A stretch of 64,000 nucleotides of DNA from Candidatus Kapaibacterium sp. (GTDB lineage Bacteria > Bacteroidota > Ignavibacteria > Kapaibacteriales > UBA2268): positions 1,733,200-1,797,199 of the forward strand of contig OY762428.1 of assembly GCA_963665665.1 (NCBI GenBank), written 5' to 3'. Under the pieces are notes generated by a model. That model did no database searches. It was not told the origin of the DNA and was given only the letters and a program-made list of their open reading frames with translations. This document shows, piece by piece, positions 1 through 9,673 of the stretch. Each line of letters starts with the position of its first letter. The first letter of the stretch is position 1. A program made the translations under genes and the position numbers.

Positions 1-167
1 GGTATTGGTTAGAGAATGTTTTGGCTTTTCCGGACCGGATATTTGGTTTTTTGTAGAAAATATTCGGTAAAAAGAAGTGTGTAAAGCATCAAAGCTATGT
101 TGTTTTTGTTCTCTGATGAAGAATGTCCGGACATTAATATCTGCTTAAAAGCTATACTAATCAAATA

Positions 168-3100
168 CTACCTATATATTGTAACCATTGCGGAATGAAG
201 GGATTCCGGCCCGCTGTAACGGAAAATATATATGCCGTCAGGCAGCTGACCGAAGTTAAGTTCTGTTGATTTTTTATCAAGATTATATTTCTCAATTTCC
301 CGGCCCTCGATGGTAAATACGGACAGGATGCCCCCGGTATTCGATGCGGAAATTTCCACACTGCCAATTGAGTTAACAGGATTTGGAGTAATGTTCAGCC
401 CGGGTTCCCCGAATATAATATTGTTTACCAGGCCGTAAGCGCAGGATTGTATCTCTATACTTCCCGAACGTAAGCTCGTTTTTATCAGTTCGCTTTCAAT
501 TTCAGCCGAATATATTTCAAGCGGGAAAATCCTGACATCATTCAATAGCGACTTACCGGGAATTTCGAATAGTAAATATTTCCCCCTTCGTACAGTATCA
601 ATCATGCCTTCCTTTTTAAGGTAAGCAAATTTGCTGTCCGATCGGTAATCAAATCCTGCCGGTTCGGCAAGGAAGGATTCCAGCGGGTAGCGTATCACGA
701 TTGAATATGGAAGTTTGTACAGAACAGTATCAAAATCAAAATCCGCGTAAACAGGTATCTTTATGATTTCTCCAATATTGGCAAGTGTGTCGGGACAGGA
801 TACCAGGCAGGGAAGCCCGACACCAGTTCCGGCAAGAGTGAAGACAGGTATATTAACAAGTTCAGACGAATAAAATTCCAATGCCGCCCCGGTACGGCCA
901 AATTCTAATGGAGAAAATCTGAAATTCATATCTTTGGTTTCCCCGGCGGCCAGAAGAAAGGCGCCGCCACCGGAATTTATTGAAAAATAATCTTTTCCGA
1001 AGCCTGTAATCTTAATGCTGTCAATCAGCAGGTTGGTATTGCTGATATTTTCAATCACGGGGTTGATGCTGTCTATATGGTTAGCTACCGGAACCAGCCC
1101 GAAATCGAGAATATCAACGGCAAGACGTATCTTGTTCTGTGAGCCAGTCCCACGGATACTGCATTCTACGCTGTCGCATGAAGTTAAAAATATAATTTGC
1201 GCGTTCCTGGCGCCGATATCGGAAGGAGTAAACCATATTTCCAGAGGAAATGTGCCGCCCGGAGGAATTACAAGCGGCGGCTGCACGTTTGTAATAGCGA
1301 AATCGGCTGCGGCTGACCCTGTGATTTTTACTCCATTAATTGTAAGTGGAAAAATATCGTCGTTATTTATCATTATATTGTTAATAAGAGTGTCCTTCCG
1401 AACCCCTTTATAGGATTCTCCTATATCAATATTATCAACAGCAAGTTCAGGGCAGCGTATTTCCCAAACATCATCGGAAACATCTTCGATATATCTGTTC
1501 CCCGATATCTTCCACACAAAAGCGCTGCTGTCCCTTTTGGTTATCAGGGTATCTTCTCCGAATGCCGCCTTATCCGAGAAATAACCGCATGAATAAATAC
1601 TGCCATCCATATCTGTAAAAATATTGGTTATTAGGTCAACTCCGCGGGCTCCGGCAGTTTTAGCGAAACTATCATTCCCCAGGGGATCAATTTTTGCAAT
1701 AAATGCATTGGGCCCCTGCGATGTCCAGTGGGTAACAGACCCAAGACTGAGACCGGATTTGAACCAGCCGCCAAGAATAAGATTCCCGAGATCATCTTTC
1801 GCAAAATATGTTGTCGCATCGTCTCCTATGCCCCCGTTATTCTCCGTCCACTCAACATTTCCGTCTGCATCTAATTGAATGTAATAACCGTCGCGGGCAC
1901 TATTGGAATACCTTACTGTTTCGCCAAATTGAGTTTTTTTATCATAATCGCCGGACATCAGAAGCTTGTCTCCGTAGGTAGTCAGGGAAAATACTCTTTC
2001 ATTGTACTCGTGCCCGTAGGATTTCAAAATCCTTATTTGATCGCTTTCATCGAAGGAAAGGAGAAAGATATCTCCGTTGCCCCAGGAGTTAACTCCCTTG
2101 CCGTTAATGAAAAACAGATCCCCATAGTGGCCGGCAACATAAACATCTCCGCCGTCGATTGCAGCCATCCTTACTGCTTCGTCAAAATAATGCCCGCCTC
2201 CCCCGCTGATGCCAAACATTACATTCAAATCCCTATCATATTTTATTATTAGCGCGTCGCCGGAACCGATACTGTACAGGATATCGCCCCCAATTGTTAT
2301 CCGCTCGGTGAATGAACCCGCAGCCCAGATGTTCCCGTTGCTGTCCCTGCACATACAGTTAAAAATTTCGAACCCTATGCCGTCCGGATTATTAAAACCT
2401 GTAAAATCCATACCCGGATCAACTCTGGCGATAAATGCGTCTCCCTTTTCAGAGGCGTTCTTCGGAAGGCTGCCAAAATCAACATCGCCTGTAAATGAAC
2501 CACAGATCAGCGCGTTGCCATTGCCGTCCGACATTATCTCCCCGGCAAGTTCCGCGCCCGGGCCGCCAATTGTTATAAGGGTGTCCAGCGATCCGGATTC
2601 ACTAAGCCTTGCCAGGAACAGGTCTGTTTCTCCTGCCGAATTAACAATCTTTCCCATAAAATCCGCGCTGCCCTCGAACTGCCCGAAAACCCATACGCCG
2701 CTGTTGTCAACCATAATATCCGTAGGAGTAATTACTTCATTGCCGCTAAACCCGCGGGCCCAGTTCGATTCGGAGAATGTTCCGGCCTTCAGCAGACACT
2801 GTTCGGAACTGACAGACGGTACTTTCCACTGGTAATTATAGCCGTAAACCTTATCGATATCTGTCCAGTTTGAGCCATTATTTAGGCTGAATTTTAAATC
2901 CACCAATTCCGAAGCCCTGTTGCCTGACCATTCCAGCGTGGTGTCGCTGCCTGCAAGAAGAACTTCACCTCCGTTTGGTTTTAACACTTTGATTCCGTCT
3001 TCTCCGGCAATGGCGCCGCCGCTCAGGTACAGAGTATTGCCAAGGCATGCATTTGTAATTAATTTCAGGTATGCTCTAACGTATTGTGAATCCACGGGAT

Positions 3101-4217
3101 TGAACGATACTCTCAGGTTCTTCTGCCTGCCTTCTTCAATTAAAAGCGGCAGCTCGGATACCGTTGGTTGCTCCACACGGAAGCGGCTGTCGGAAAAATC
3201 AAACCCGTATATCTCTACATCGCCGTTAACTGCCGTCATTGTTATGTCTTGATAGTCGCTGGCGCCGGGAAGTATCAGCCCGAAATCCAGGTAAGACGAA
3301 GGTGAAAGGCTCAGCCTTGGTTCAAGTTTAGTCGGCGGGAAAAATGTTAGCTCATAAGTATAATTGTAGGGCAGAAGTTTTATCTCTGTTCCCGGATCAA
3401 AACTACAAACTGATGATACCCATTCAATTGTGCAGCTTCCGTCAGTAAATATATCGGAAAACAAGGCCCCGGCAATTTCCTCGGAAGTTGATTCGTTTGC
3501 ATTTCCATATACCCGGCCACCTGTGGAAGATGCGATCATTCTCAGATTATAACCCACCGACATATTGATGACAACAGGATAGATTGATGCATCAATATTA
3601 TTTGCACGGGTTACAACATCATTTACATCGGCATCTCCCGCTCCGTCAGTAAGCAGAATAATTGCAGGTTTATTAACTGCATTTTCAGCTATATTCAAAG
3701 CGCCGAACTGAAGCTCTGTAAGAGCAGCGTTGAAAGAAGTACCGCCGTTAGCGCTGATATTATCGAGCCTGTCGGTAATTTCAGATTTCTCATTTGTAAA
3801 ATCTTTTACAATATAGTTTTTTGAATTAAATGTTATAAGTGCATATTCGGCCATACCCTCGGGAACATAATCCAAAATGCCCGTTATTATTTTTTTAGCT
3901 ATGCTTAGCCCTGAAGTAGCCATTGAACCGGATACATCAAGTGCGAATACCACTGATGCCGGTTGGAACTGACCGCTCCCGGTACAGCCGGCATAAAGAA
4001 CTTCCTTTATGCCGCCCCGGTCTGTAATTTCAAAATCATTTTTTGAAAGATTGGTTAACATCTTGTTGTTATGGAAAGCTTTAAACTGTGCCTTGACAAC
4101 CGGAAATTCGCTCATATCCGGATTGTAAACCAGAAGTTGGGCGCTAATGGTTTCAAATCCTAAAAAAATTATAATTATTAGAAGTATTTTGTTTAAGTTT
4201 TTCATTATTATCTCCAA
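168..4217 (-). CDS. Large secreted protein: N-terminal signal peptide, vWA domain (MIDAS DVSGSM), beta-propeller-like repeats, C-terminal T9SS sorting domain
   Basis: 1349-aa ORF. The vWA motifs are VVFALDVSGSMATSG...LLTDGAGD. The C-terminus (DGIYIFRYSGPESLHSAMVTIYR) resembles a T9SS CTD. The N-terminal MKNLNKILLIIIIFLGFETISAQ is a signal peptide. Confidence 0.6.
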   Translation of the reverse strand: MEIIMKNLNKILLIIIIFLGFETISAQLLVYNPDMSEFPVVKAQFKAFHNNKMLTNLSKNDFEITDRGGIKEVLYAGCTGSGQFQPASVVFALDVSGSMATSGLSIAKKIITGILDYVPEGMAEYALITFNSKNYIVKDFTNEKSEITDRLDNISANGGTSFNAALTELQFGALNIAENAVNKPAIILLTDGAGDADVNDVVTRANNIDASIYPVVINMSVGYNLRMIASSTGGRVYGNANESTSEEIAGALFSDIFTDGSCTIEWVSSVCSFDPGTEIKLLPYNYTYELTFFPPTKLEPRLSLSPSSYLDFGLILPGASDYQDITMTAVNGDVEIYGFDFSDSRFRVEQPTVSELPLLIEEGRQKNLRVSFNPVDSQYVRAYLKLITNACLGNTLYLSGGAIAGEDGIKVLKPNGGEVLLAGSDTTLEWSGNRASELVDLKFSLNNGSNWTDIDKVYGYNYQWKVPSVSSEQCLLKAGTFSESNWARGFSGNEVITPTDIMVDNSGVWVFGQFEGSADFMGKIVNSAGETDLFLARLSESGSLDTLITIGGPGAELAGEIMSDGNGNALICGSFTGDVDFGSLPKNASEKGDAFIARVDPGMDFTGFNNPDGIGFEIFNCMCRDSNGNIWAAGSFTERITIGGDILYSIGSGDALIIKYDRDLNVMFGISGGGGHYFDEAVRMAAIDGGDVYVAGHYGDLFFINGKGVNSWGNGDIFLLSFDESDQIRILKSYGHEYNERVFSLTTYGDKLLMSGDYDKKTQFGETVRYSNSARDGYYIQLDADGNVEWTENNGGIGDDATTYFAKDDLGNLILGGWFKSGLSLGSVTHWTSQGPNAFIAKIDPLGNDSFAKTAGARGVDLITNIFTDMDGSIYSCGYFSDKAAFGEDTLITKRDSSAFVWKISGNRYIEDVSDDVWEIRCPELAVDNIDIGESYKGVRKDTLINNIMINNDDIFPLTINGVKITGSAAADFAITNVQPPLVIPPGGTFPLEIWFTPSDIGARNAQIIFLTSCDSVECSIRGTGSQNKIRLAVDILDFGLVPVANHIDSINPVIENISNTNLLIDSIKITGFGKDYFSINSGGGAFLLAAGETKDMNFRFSPLEFGRTGAALEFYSSELVNIPVFTLAGTGVGLPCLVSCPDTLANIGEIIKIPVYADFDFDTVLYKLPYSIVIRYPLESFLAEPAGFDYRSDSKFAYLKKEGMIDTVRRGKYLLFEIPGKSLLNDVRIFPLEIYSAEIESELIKTSLRSGSIEIQSCAYGLVNNIIFGEPGLNITPNPVNSIGSVEISASNTGGILSVFTIEGREIEKYNLDKKSTELNFGQLPDGIYIFRYSGPESLHSAMVTIYR

Positions 4218-4292
4218 CCCATAAATGTTTAAATCCTTTAAATATTAATGTGATTTCCCGTTCTGATCTTCCAAAAATACAGCCTTTTGAGA

Positions 4293-4424
4293 ATGTCATT
4301 CCCCGACACGCCGGGGCCGGCTTCCGGAGCGAAGCGACTGAAGAATCCGGATTTCTTTTCAAATACTATTTATGAATCTAATAACTTTTATTACAATGGA
4401 TTCTTCACTTCGTTCAGAATGACA
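4293..4424. repeat. MITE/REP-like palindromic element (GTCATTCC...GAAGAATCC family), intergenic
   Basis: The arms gtcattccccgacacgccggggccggcttccggagcgaagcgactgaagaatcc and ggattcttcacttcgttcagaatgaca form an imperfect inverted repeat. Related copies occur at 38845, 41470, 41741, 43137, 44547 and 49677. Confidence 0.55.
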
Positions 4425-4633
4425 AATCTCAAAAATTCAGGCTTTCGAGACAACCCCGTTGCAAGGGTCGCCATTATGTGATTTGAGAATGTACCAAAAA
4501 TTTTCGTTTCATATCAGATTCTGCCCATAATATATAAAATATTATCTACATCGATTATTAAAATAACAAACTGAAATATGAAAAGTGCCCTGCCTAAATT
4601 GAAGAAAAATTGAAACTATTATAAGAAAAAAAT

Positions 4634-6025
4634 ATGAAATTCGAACATCACAGCCCTTCGTGGCTGGCTTATACACATTCCTGTGGGGCATGGATACCGG
4701 CCCGCCATATAATGCATATCGAGAAAAGCATACTGAAAGAGCTTGCCATGGGTGGGGGCAGGATAATAGTAAATATGCCGCCCCGCCACGGCAAATCGGA
4801 GTATATATCAAAATATTTTCCGGCATGGTTTCTTATCTCCAACCCCGGCAAGCGGGTTATCCTTTGCTCCTACGAGGCCTCCTTCGCGGCGGAATGGGGC
4901 AGGAAGGTCAGGGATATTATATCGGGGATGGCTGATAGCACAGGCATCGGGATAAATCCATCCAAAAAGGCAGCGGATAACTTCCTTATAAAAGATCATG
5001 GCGGTAGTATGATCTGCTCCGGCGCCGGAGGCTCGATTACCGGCAGGGGCGCCGACCTGATAATTATAGACGATCCGGTGAAAAACGATGCCGAGGCAAA
5101 CAGCCGTACAATCCGGGACAATATCTGGAACTGGTTCCGAGCTACCATCTATACACGGCTGGAACCCGGCGCCACCCTGATACTGCTGATGACCCGCTGG
5201 CACGAGGACGACCTCTGCGGACGCCTGCATAAGTATTTCCCGGACGAGTGGAAAAGAATTTCGCTTGCCGCTTTTGCAGGGGAAAACGACCCGCCTGGCA
5301 GGAAAGCCGGCGAAGCGCTCTGGCCGGAACGCTTCCCCGCGGACAAGCTTGGGGAGATAAAAAAAGGCATAGGCTCCTTCTGGTTCAACGCCCTTTACAT
5401 GCAGAAGCCCACGCCGCCGGGCGGTTCGGTATTCAGGGCGGCATACTTCCGCTACTACCATCAAAACGGGAAGATATTCGAATTGCAGAACGGCGGCAGA
5501 ATAGCGGAATACAAGCTGCGCACATTTGCCGTGGCAGACCTTGCCTCCACCATCAGCGAAAAATCCGATTTCACTGTTGTACTGGTATTTTCTGCAGCGC
5601 CGGGCAATATCGTACTTGTAAGGGACATAATCAGGGAGCGGATTGAAGGCGCGGGGCACGCCGATCTGATAAAAACAGTTTTTGCCAGGTGGCGGCCCCT
5701 GCAAATAGGCATTGAATCGGTGCAGTACCAGGCATCACTTGTTCAGGCATTATCGCGTGACGGGCTGCCAGTTCGCCCCCTGAAACCGGACAGGGACAAG
5801 CTGTCCCGTGCCCTGCCCATGGCCGCCCGCGTGGAGTCCGGCGATGTTTACTTCCCGGCGGAGGCCCCCTGGCTCGCGGATTTCGAATCCGAGCTGCGCC
5901 AGTTCCCCAACGCCGAGCACGACGACCAGGTTGACGCTTTCGCCTATATCTGGCAGATGATGCAGGGCGGCGGCGGCATTATGCCCGCCTCGGCTGGAAG
6001 GAAACGGGAGTGGCGGTTTATATAG
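4634..6025 (+). CDS. Phage terminase large subunit (ATPase + RNaseH-like nuclease domains)
   Basis: Walker A-like MPPRHGKSEY and Walker B LIIIDDPV. The motifs LILLMTRWHEDDL and C-terminal AEHDDQVDAFAY are typical of terminase large subunits. The gene is GC-rich relative to its neighbours. Confidence 0.75.
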   Translation: MKFEHHSPSWLAYTHSCGAWIPARHIMHIEKSILKELAMGGGRIIVNMPPRHGKSEYISKYFPAWFLISNPGKRVILCSYEASFAAEWGRKVRDIISGMADSTGIGINPSKKAADNFLIKDHGGSMICSGAGGSITGRGADLIIIDDPVKNDAEANSRTIRDNIWNWFRATIYTRLEPGATLILLMTRWHEDDLCGRLHKYFPDEWKRISLAAFAGENDPPGRKAGEALWPERFPADKLGEIKKGIGSFWFNALYMQKPTPPGGSVFRAAYFRYYHQNGKIFELQNGGRIAEYKLRTFAVADLASTISEKSDFTVVLVFSAAPGNIVLVRDIIRERIEGAGHADLIKTVFARWRPLQIGIESVQYQASLVQALSRDGLPVRPLKPDRDKLSRALPMAARVESGDVYFPAEAPWLADFESELRQFPNAEHDDQVDAFAYIWQMMQGGGGIMPASAGRKREWRFI

Positions 6026-6114
6026 CTGTTACATCCATTTATTTTTGTAAATAAATAATTTTTAAAGTTATGCGTAATTTGATAAACTGCATCGAACTGA
6101 AATGGAATGACATT

Positions 6115-7143
6115 ATGAAAATAAAACAAATAAAACGTATATTCAGGATCGTATTTATTATTGCCGGCATAAGCTCCTTATACTTCGTACCATGGATTTT
6201 AGTGAGAGCATGGATAATGCCACTGCCTGATACGGTTCAAGAACAACTCAACGAAGGAATAAATTACGGATTTGACGGAATGATTGTTTATGTGGACGAA
6301 GCAGGAAAGCCGCCGAAGTTTTATGCCTCAGGCTGGCATAACCGAAAAAAGAGAATTCCTGCTTACCCTCAGGCATTATTCAAAATTGCGAGTATTACAA
6401 AGTTATATATCGCTGTGGCCACCACAAAATTGGTTAAAGAAGGGCGTTTGTCTTTGGATAAAACACTTGCTGAATACTTCCCGGAACTTACGAAACGAAT
6501 TGAATATTCAGACAAGATAACTTTGAGAATGATGGTGCAGCATCGGAGTGGAATTCCAAATTTTGTTGACCATCCTGATTATTGGACAAAACCTCCAAAA
6601 AACAGGCAGGAAACACTTGAATACGCCCTGGATTTGCCCGCCGACTTTGAGCCGGGTGAAGATTATGGTTATTCAAATACCAATTATATGTTGATTGAGA
6701 ACCTCATTGATAAAACTTTGGGCTATCCCCGCCAACAATATATTAAGGAGAGAATATTGATTCCACTCGGGCTGAATCACACTTTTGGTTCGCTTGGCGA
6801 AGTGAATATGGGCGATGTGATGAGTGGCTATTATGTTGGCGTTGAAACCGATTTCAAGTATGAAAATACCGGCTTAATGCTGGCTACTGCAGAAGACGTG
6901 GGCTTATTCCTGCGGGCGTTAAACGATGGTTCGGCGTTTGATGAAGGTGAGCAGGAAATTTATGCTTCAATTTACGTTTATGAACATACAGGTCTGCTTC
7001 CCGGCTACCAGAGCATTGCAAAATACTACAAAGATACGGACATGGTTGTTGTTCAATTCAATAATACAACTAATTTTGATGGATATGACTGGAATTTAGC
7101 GGAAATCATTTATAACCGGATTGTCAAAATATTAAAGAAATAA
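6115..7143 (+). CDS. Serine hydrolase, beta-lactamase/transpeptidase family (class C-like); membrane-anchored
   Basis: S-x-x-K motif (ASITKLY) and Y-x-N motif (GYSNTNY). There is an N-terminal TM/signal segment. An alternative upstream start at 6070 is possible. Confidence 0.65.
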   Translation: MKIKQIKRIFRIVFIIAGISSLYFVPWILVRAWIMPLPDTVQEQLNEGINYGFDGMIVYVDEAGKPPKFYASGWHNRKKRIPAYPQALFKIASITKLYIAVATTKLVKEGRLSLDKTLAEYFPELTKRIEYSDKITLRMMVQHRSGIPNFVDHPDYWTKPPKNRQETLEYALDLPADFEPGEDYGYSNTNYMLIENLIDKTLGYPRQQYIKERILIPLGLNHTFGSLGEVNMGDVMSGYYVGVETDFKYENTGLMLATAEDVGLFLRALNDGSAFDEGEQEIYASIYVYEHTGLLPGYQSIAKYYKDTDMVVVQFNNTTNFDGYDWNLAEIIYNRIVKILKK

Positions 7144-7392
7144 AGCACATAACATGTTGTATAAGTAATGGCAGGGAATGTGGTAAACATCAAGGTTTGC
7201 ATTCCGCTTCAACTGCGTAGCTATAGAAAAAATTATTAACATACCCCCCACCCTTATTCCAAAACCGGAGCAAAAGATTGATATGAAAAAGATAGAAGAT
7301 AAAAACACAAGATACTGAACGGCTTCCTTTAAAAAAAACAGCGATTTAAGGTGAAATAATCTTAACTTGCAAAAAATCAAAAGGAGCATCAA

Positions 7393-7680
7393 ATGGCAAA
7401 CAAACGAAGAAATTACAGTTCAAAATTCAAAATGCAGGTAGCCCTGGAGGCAGTCCAAGAGAGAAAAACAATAACCGAGCTGGCATCGGAGTACGGGGTT
7501 CATCCAAACCAGATAAGCATGTGGAAAAAGCATTTAAAAGAAAGTGAAAAGGAAGTATTTGAAAACAAGCGTGGGCCAGGGAAGAATAAAAAAGAAAAAG
7601 ACGAATCAGTATTATATGAAGAAATAGGCCGGCTAAAAATTGAATTAGACTGGTTAAAAAAAAAATTGGGACGTGAGTAA
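7393..7680 (+). CDS. IS3 transposase OrfA (HTH)
   Basis: 95-aa ORF. It ends after the slippery run A10 at 7656-7665 (TTAAAAAAAAAATTGGG). Confidence 0.85.
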   Translation: MANKRRNYSSKFKMQVALEAVQERKTITELASEYGVHPNQISMWKKHLKESEKEVFENKRGPGKNKKEKDESVLYEEIGRLKIELDWLKKKLGRE

Positions 7681-8518
7681 AGAAGAACGCAGGAAGATGG
7701 TAGATGCTGATAATAAAGAAATTAGCATAAGCCGGCAGTGCGAGCTTTTGGGTATTAGCAGGAGCTGTTATTATTACAAACCCAAGGGTGAAAGTGAAGC
7801 AAATATTCTATATATGAAGCTGATCAAAGAACAATTCGCGATTACTCCATTTTATGGAGCCAGAAAAATGACAGCACACTTACGTTCTTTGGGATACCAT
7901 GTTAACTATAAACGAATCAGGCGATTAATGAAATTATTGGGACTTCGGGCAATATATCCCCAACCGGACACGAGCAAACCGAACAAGGAGCACAAAATTT
8001 ATCCATACCTGTTGAGGGATATGAAAATAAGTCGTCCGGATCAGGTTTGGAGCCTGGATATAACATATATTCCGATGCGTAAAGGATTTATGTATCTTAT
8101 AGCAATTATAGATGTTTATAGCAGGTATATCGTCGACTGGGAATTATCGAATAACCTTGAGAAGGAGTTCTGCATAGATACAATAAAAAGGTCTTTGAAA
8201 ACCAGGAAACCGGAAATAACAAACACGGATCAGGGCAGTCAGTTCACGAGCAATGATTTTGTGAAAACGATTCTGGATGCTGATGTTAAGGTAAGCATGG
8301 ACGGCAAGGGCCGCGCCTTGGACAATGTTTACATAGAACGCTTCTGGCGGAGCTTTAAATACGAAGACCTGTATCTGAAGTCTTACGAAGACGGAAAAGA
8401 GCTCTATGGCGGTATAAAGGCTTATGTCGATTGGTATAACAACACGAGGCCGCACGCAGGAATTGAATACCAGATTCCGGCTGAAAAATATATGAACGAA
8501 CAGCGGTTCGTTAATTGA
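7673..8518 (+). CDS. IS3 transposase OrfB (DDE/RNaseH-fold), expressed as OrfAB by -1 frameshift
   Basis: DDE-type motifs VWSLDITYIPM, NTDQGSQFTS and YIERFWRSFKYE. It lies in the -1 frame relative to orfA. Confidence 0.85.
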   Translation: MSKEERRKMVDADNKEISISRQCELLGISRSCYYYKPKGESEANILYMKLIKEQFAITPFYGARKMTAHLRSLGYHVNYKRIRRLMKLLGLRAIYPQPDTSKPNKEHKIYPYLLRDMKISRPDQVWSLDITYIPMRKGFMYLIAIIDVYSRYIVDWELSNNLEKEFCIDTIKRSLKTRKPEITNTDQGSQFTSNDFVKTILDADVKVSMDGKGRALDNVYIERFWRSFKYEDLYLKSYEDGKELYGGIKAYVDWYNNTRPHAGIEYQIPAEKYMNEQRFVN

Positions 8519-8755
8519 AAACTTTGTTGGAAAAGTGAAAAAATGCAATCCGGTAAGCAATTGATAAAAAAAGAAATAGAAAGGAGAGTGAAAGTTATCC
8601 ACAATTTCCAGGTTGTTAACAAAAAGAAAAAAAAGTAGCAAAAAAAAGAAAAATTAATATTATTACATATTTTTTTCTTATTTTATTAGAGAAGAAGTAT
8701 AGATTAATAAACACCATAAACTATACTTTTATTTGTCTAAGCAATAGGGAGCATT

Positions 8756-9673
8756 TCACTTTTCTTCTATATATTTTAATGTTTCATCAATATGTTTTTG
8801 AGGATATTTATCAATTATTTCTTGGGCTTGATTTGGTGTTAAGCAAAAATAATTAATCAATTTATTGTAATGCTCGTAATTATAATTATCACTCAATAAT
8901 AATTCAGCTTTATCTTCTTCCAGTAATATATTATTTGATTTAATATGAAATACTATCTCAACTACTTTTCTTCCCTGTTTCCTTTCAGAAAATGTAAAAT
9001 TTATATCAGTTGTTTCATTTATTTCTCTCTGAGCCTGTTGTAATACTTTTATTTTGAAATTTGAATAATTAGGATATTGACCATCTTTTATCCATATTTT
9101 CTTTTTTAAATCCTCAACCGATATCCTCCTTTTAGCAATTCTTTCATACTGTTTCAGCATTTCATATAATCGTATACTGTAGGTACTTCTTAATCTCAAT
9201 ACATATTTCAATGTAAATTTTGTAAATTTTTCTTTCAATTGTAAAAAATACTTTTGTACATCATTTCCCAATTCTATTACTAAATATCCTTTGTTATTAA
9301 CGTATTTACATTTATTCACCCAATGAAGTTGATAATGATTTTCCCCGTCATCATATTCTATTACTCTGGTCATTAACTGCCGTGATATAGTTCTCATTTC
9401 ACTATAATTATTTTTACTCTTAGTACCTAATATTTCATTCAAATCTTTAATATTTAAGTGGTATTCCTGAAATTTTGTATCACCTTTTTCAATTAATGAT
9501 GCTACAATCAACAATAATCTTTGTTCCTGTAAAGATAACTTATAAGGCATTTCAATTAATTCATTATGCTTTATAATAGTTCGTCTATCATCAATAATTT
9601 TCATTTTAATGACTTTTTTCATATTATTCATTATGTTATAAGACAATATTATCATAAAACAAATTAAATGCAA
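8756..9673 (-). CDS. Plasmid replication initiator protein, Rep_3 family
   Basis: The N-terminus IKHNELIEMPYKLSLQEQRLLLIVASLI matches the Rep_3 signature. The gene is AT-rich and sits directly upstream of the iteron array. Confidence 0.65.
   Translation of the reverse strand: MHLICFMIILSYNIMNNMKKVIKMKIIDDRRTIIKHNELIEMPYKLSLQEQRLLLIVASLIEKGDTKFQEYHLNIKDLNEILGTKSKNNYSEMRTISRQLMTRVIEYDDGENHYQLHWVNKCKYVNNKGYLVIELGNDVQKYFLQLKEKFTKFTLKYVLRLRSTYSIRLYEMLKQYERIAKRRISVEDLKKKIWIKDGQYPNYSNFKIKVLQQAQREINETTDINFTFSERKQGRKVVEIVFHIKSNNILLEEDKAELLLSDNYNYEHYNKLINYFCLTPNQAQEIIDKYPQKHIDETLKYIEEK

Larger units (their letters stand above)
7316..8758 (+). mobile_element. IS3-family insertion sequence, copy 1 (1443 bp)
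   Basis: Termini are TGAACGGCTTCC...GGGAGCATTTCA (TG...CA, imperfect inverted repeat). orfA and orfB overlap at a -1 frameshift site. Two further near-identical copies lie downstream. Confidence 0.85.

Noticed and set aside
1015-3252. Plus-strand ORFs of 110-208 aa inside the 1349-aa minus-strand gene
   Set aside because: They are antisense to a long, domain-supported CDS and have low-complexity translations.
4808-5704. 298-aa minus-strand ORF and other ORFs overlapping the terminase gene
   Set aside because: The GC-rich region yields long antisense ORFs. The terminase frame has clear Walker and nuclease motifs.
8144-8641. 165-aa and 66-aa minus-strand ORFs present in all three IS copies
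   Set aside because: They are antisense to orfB and the IS tail, and recur only because the IS is repeated. The translation is low-complexity.
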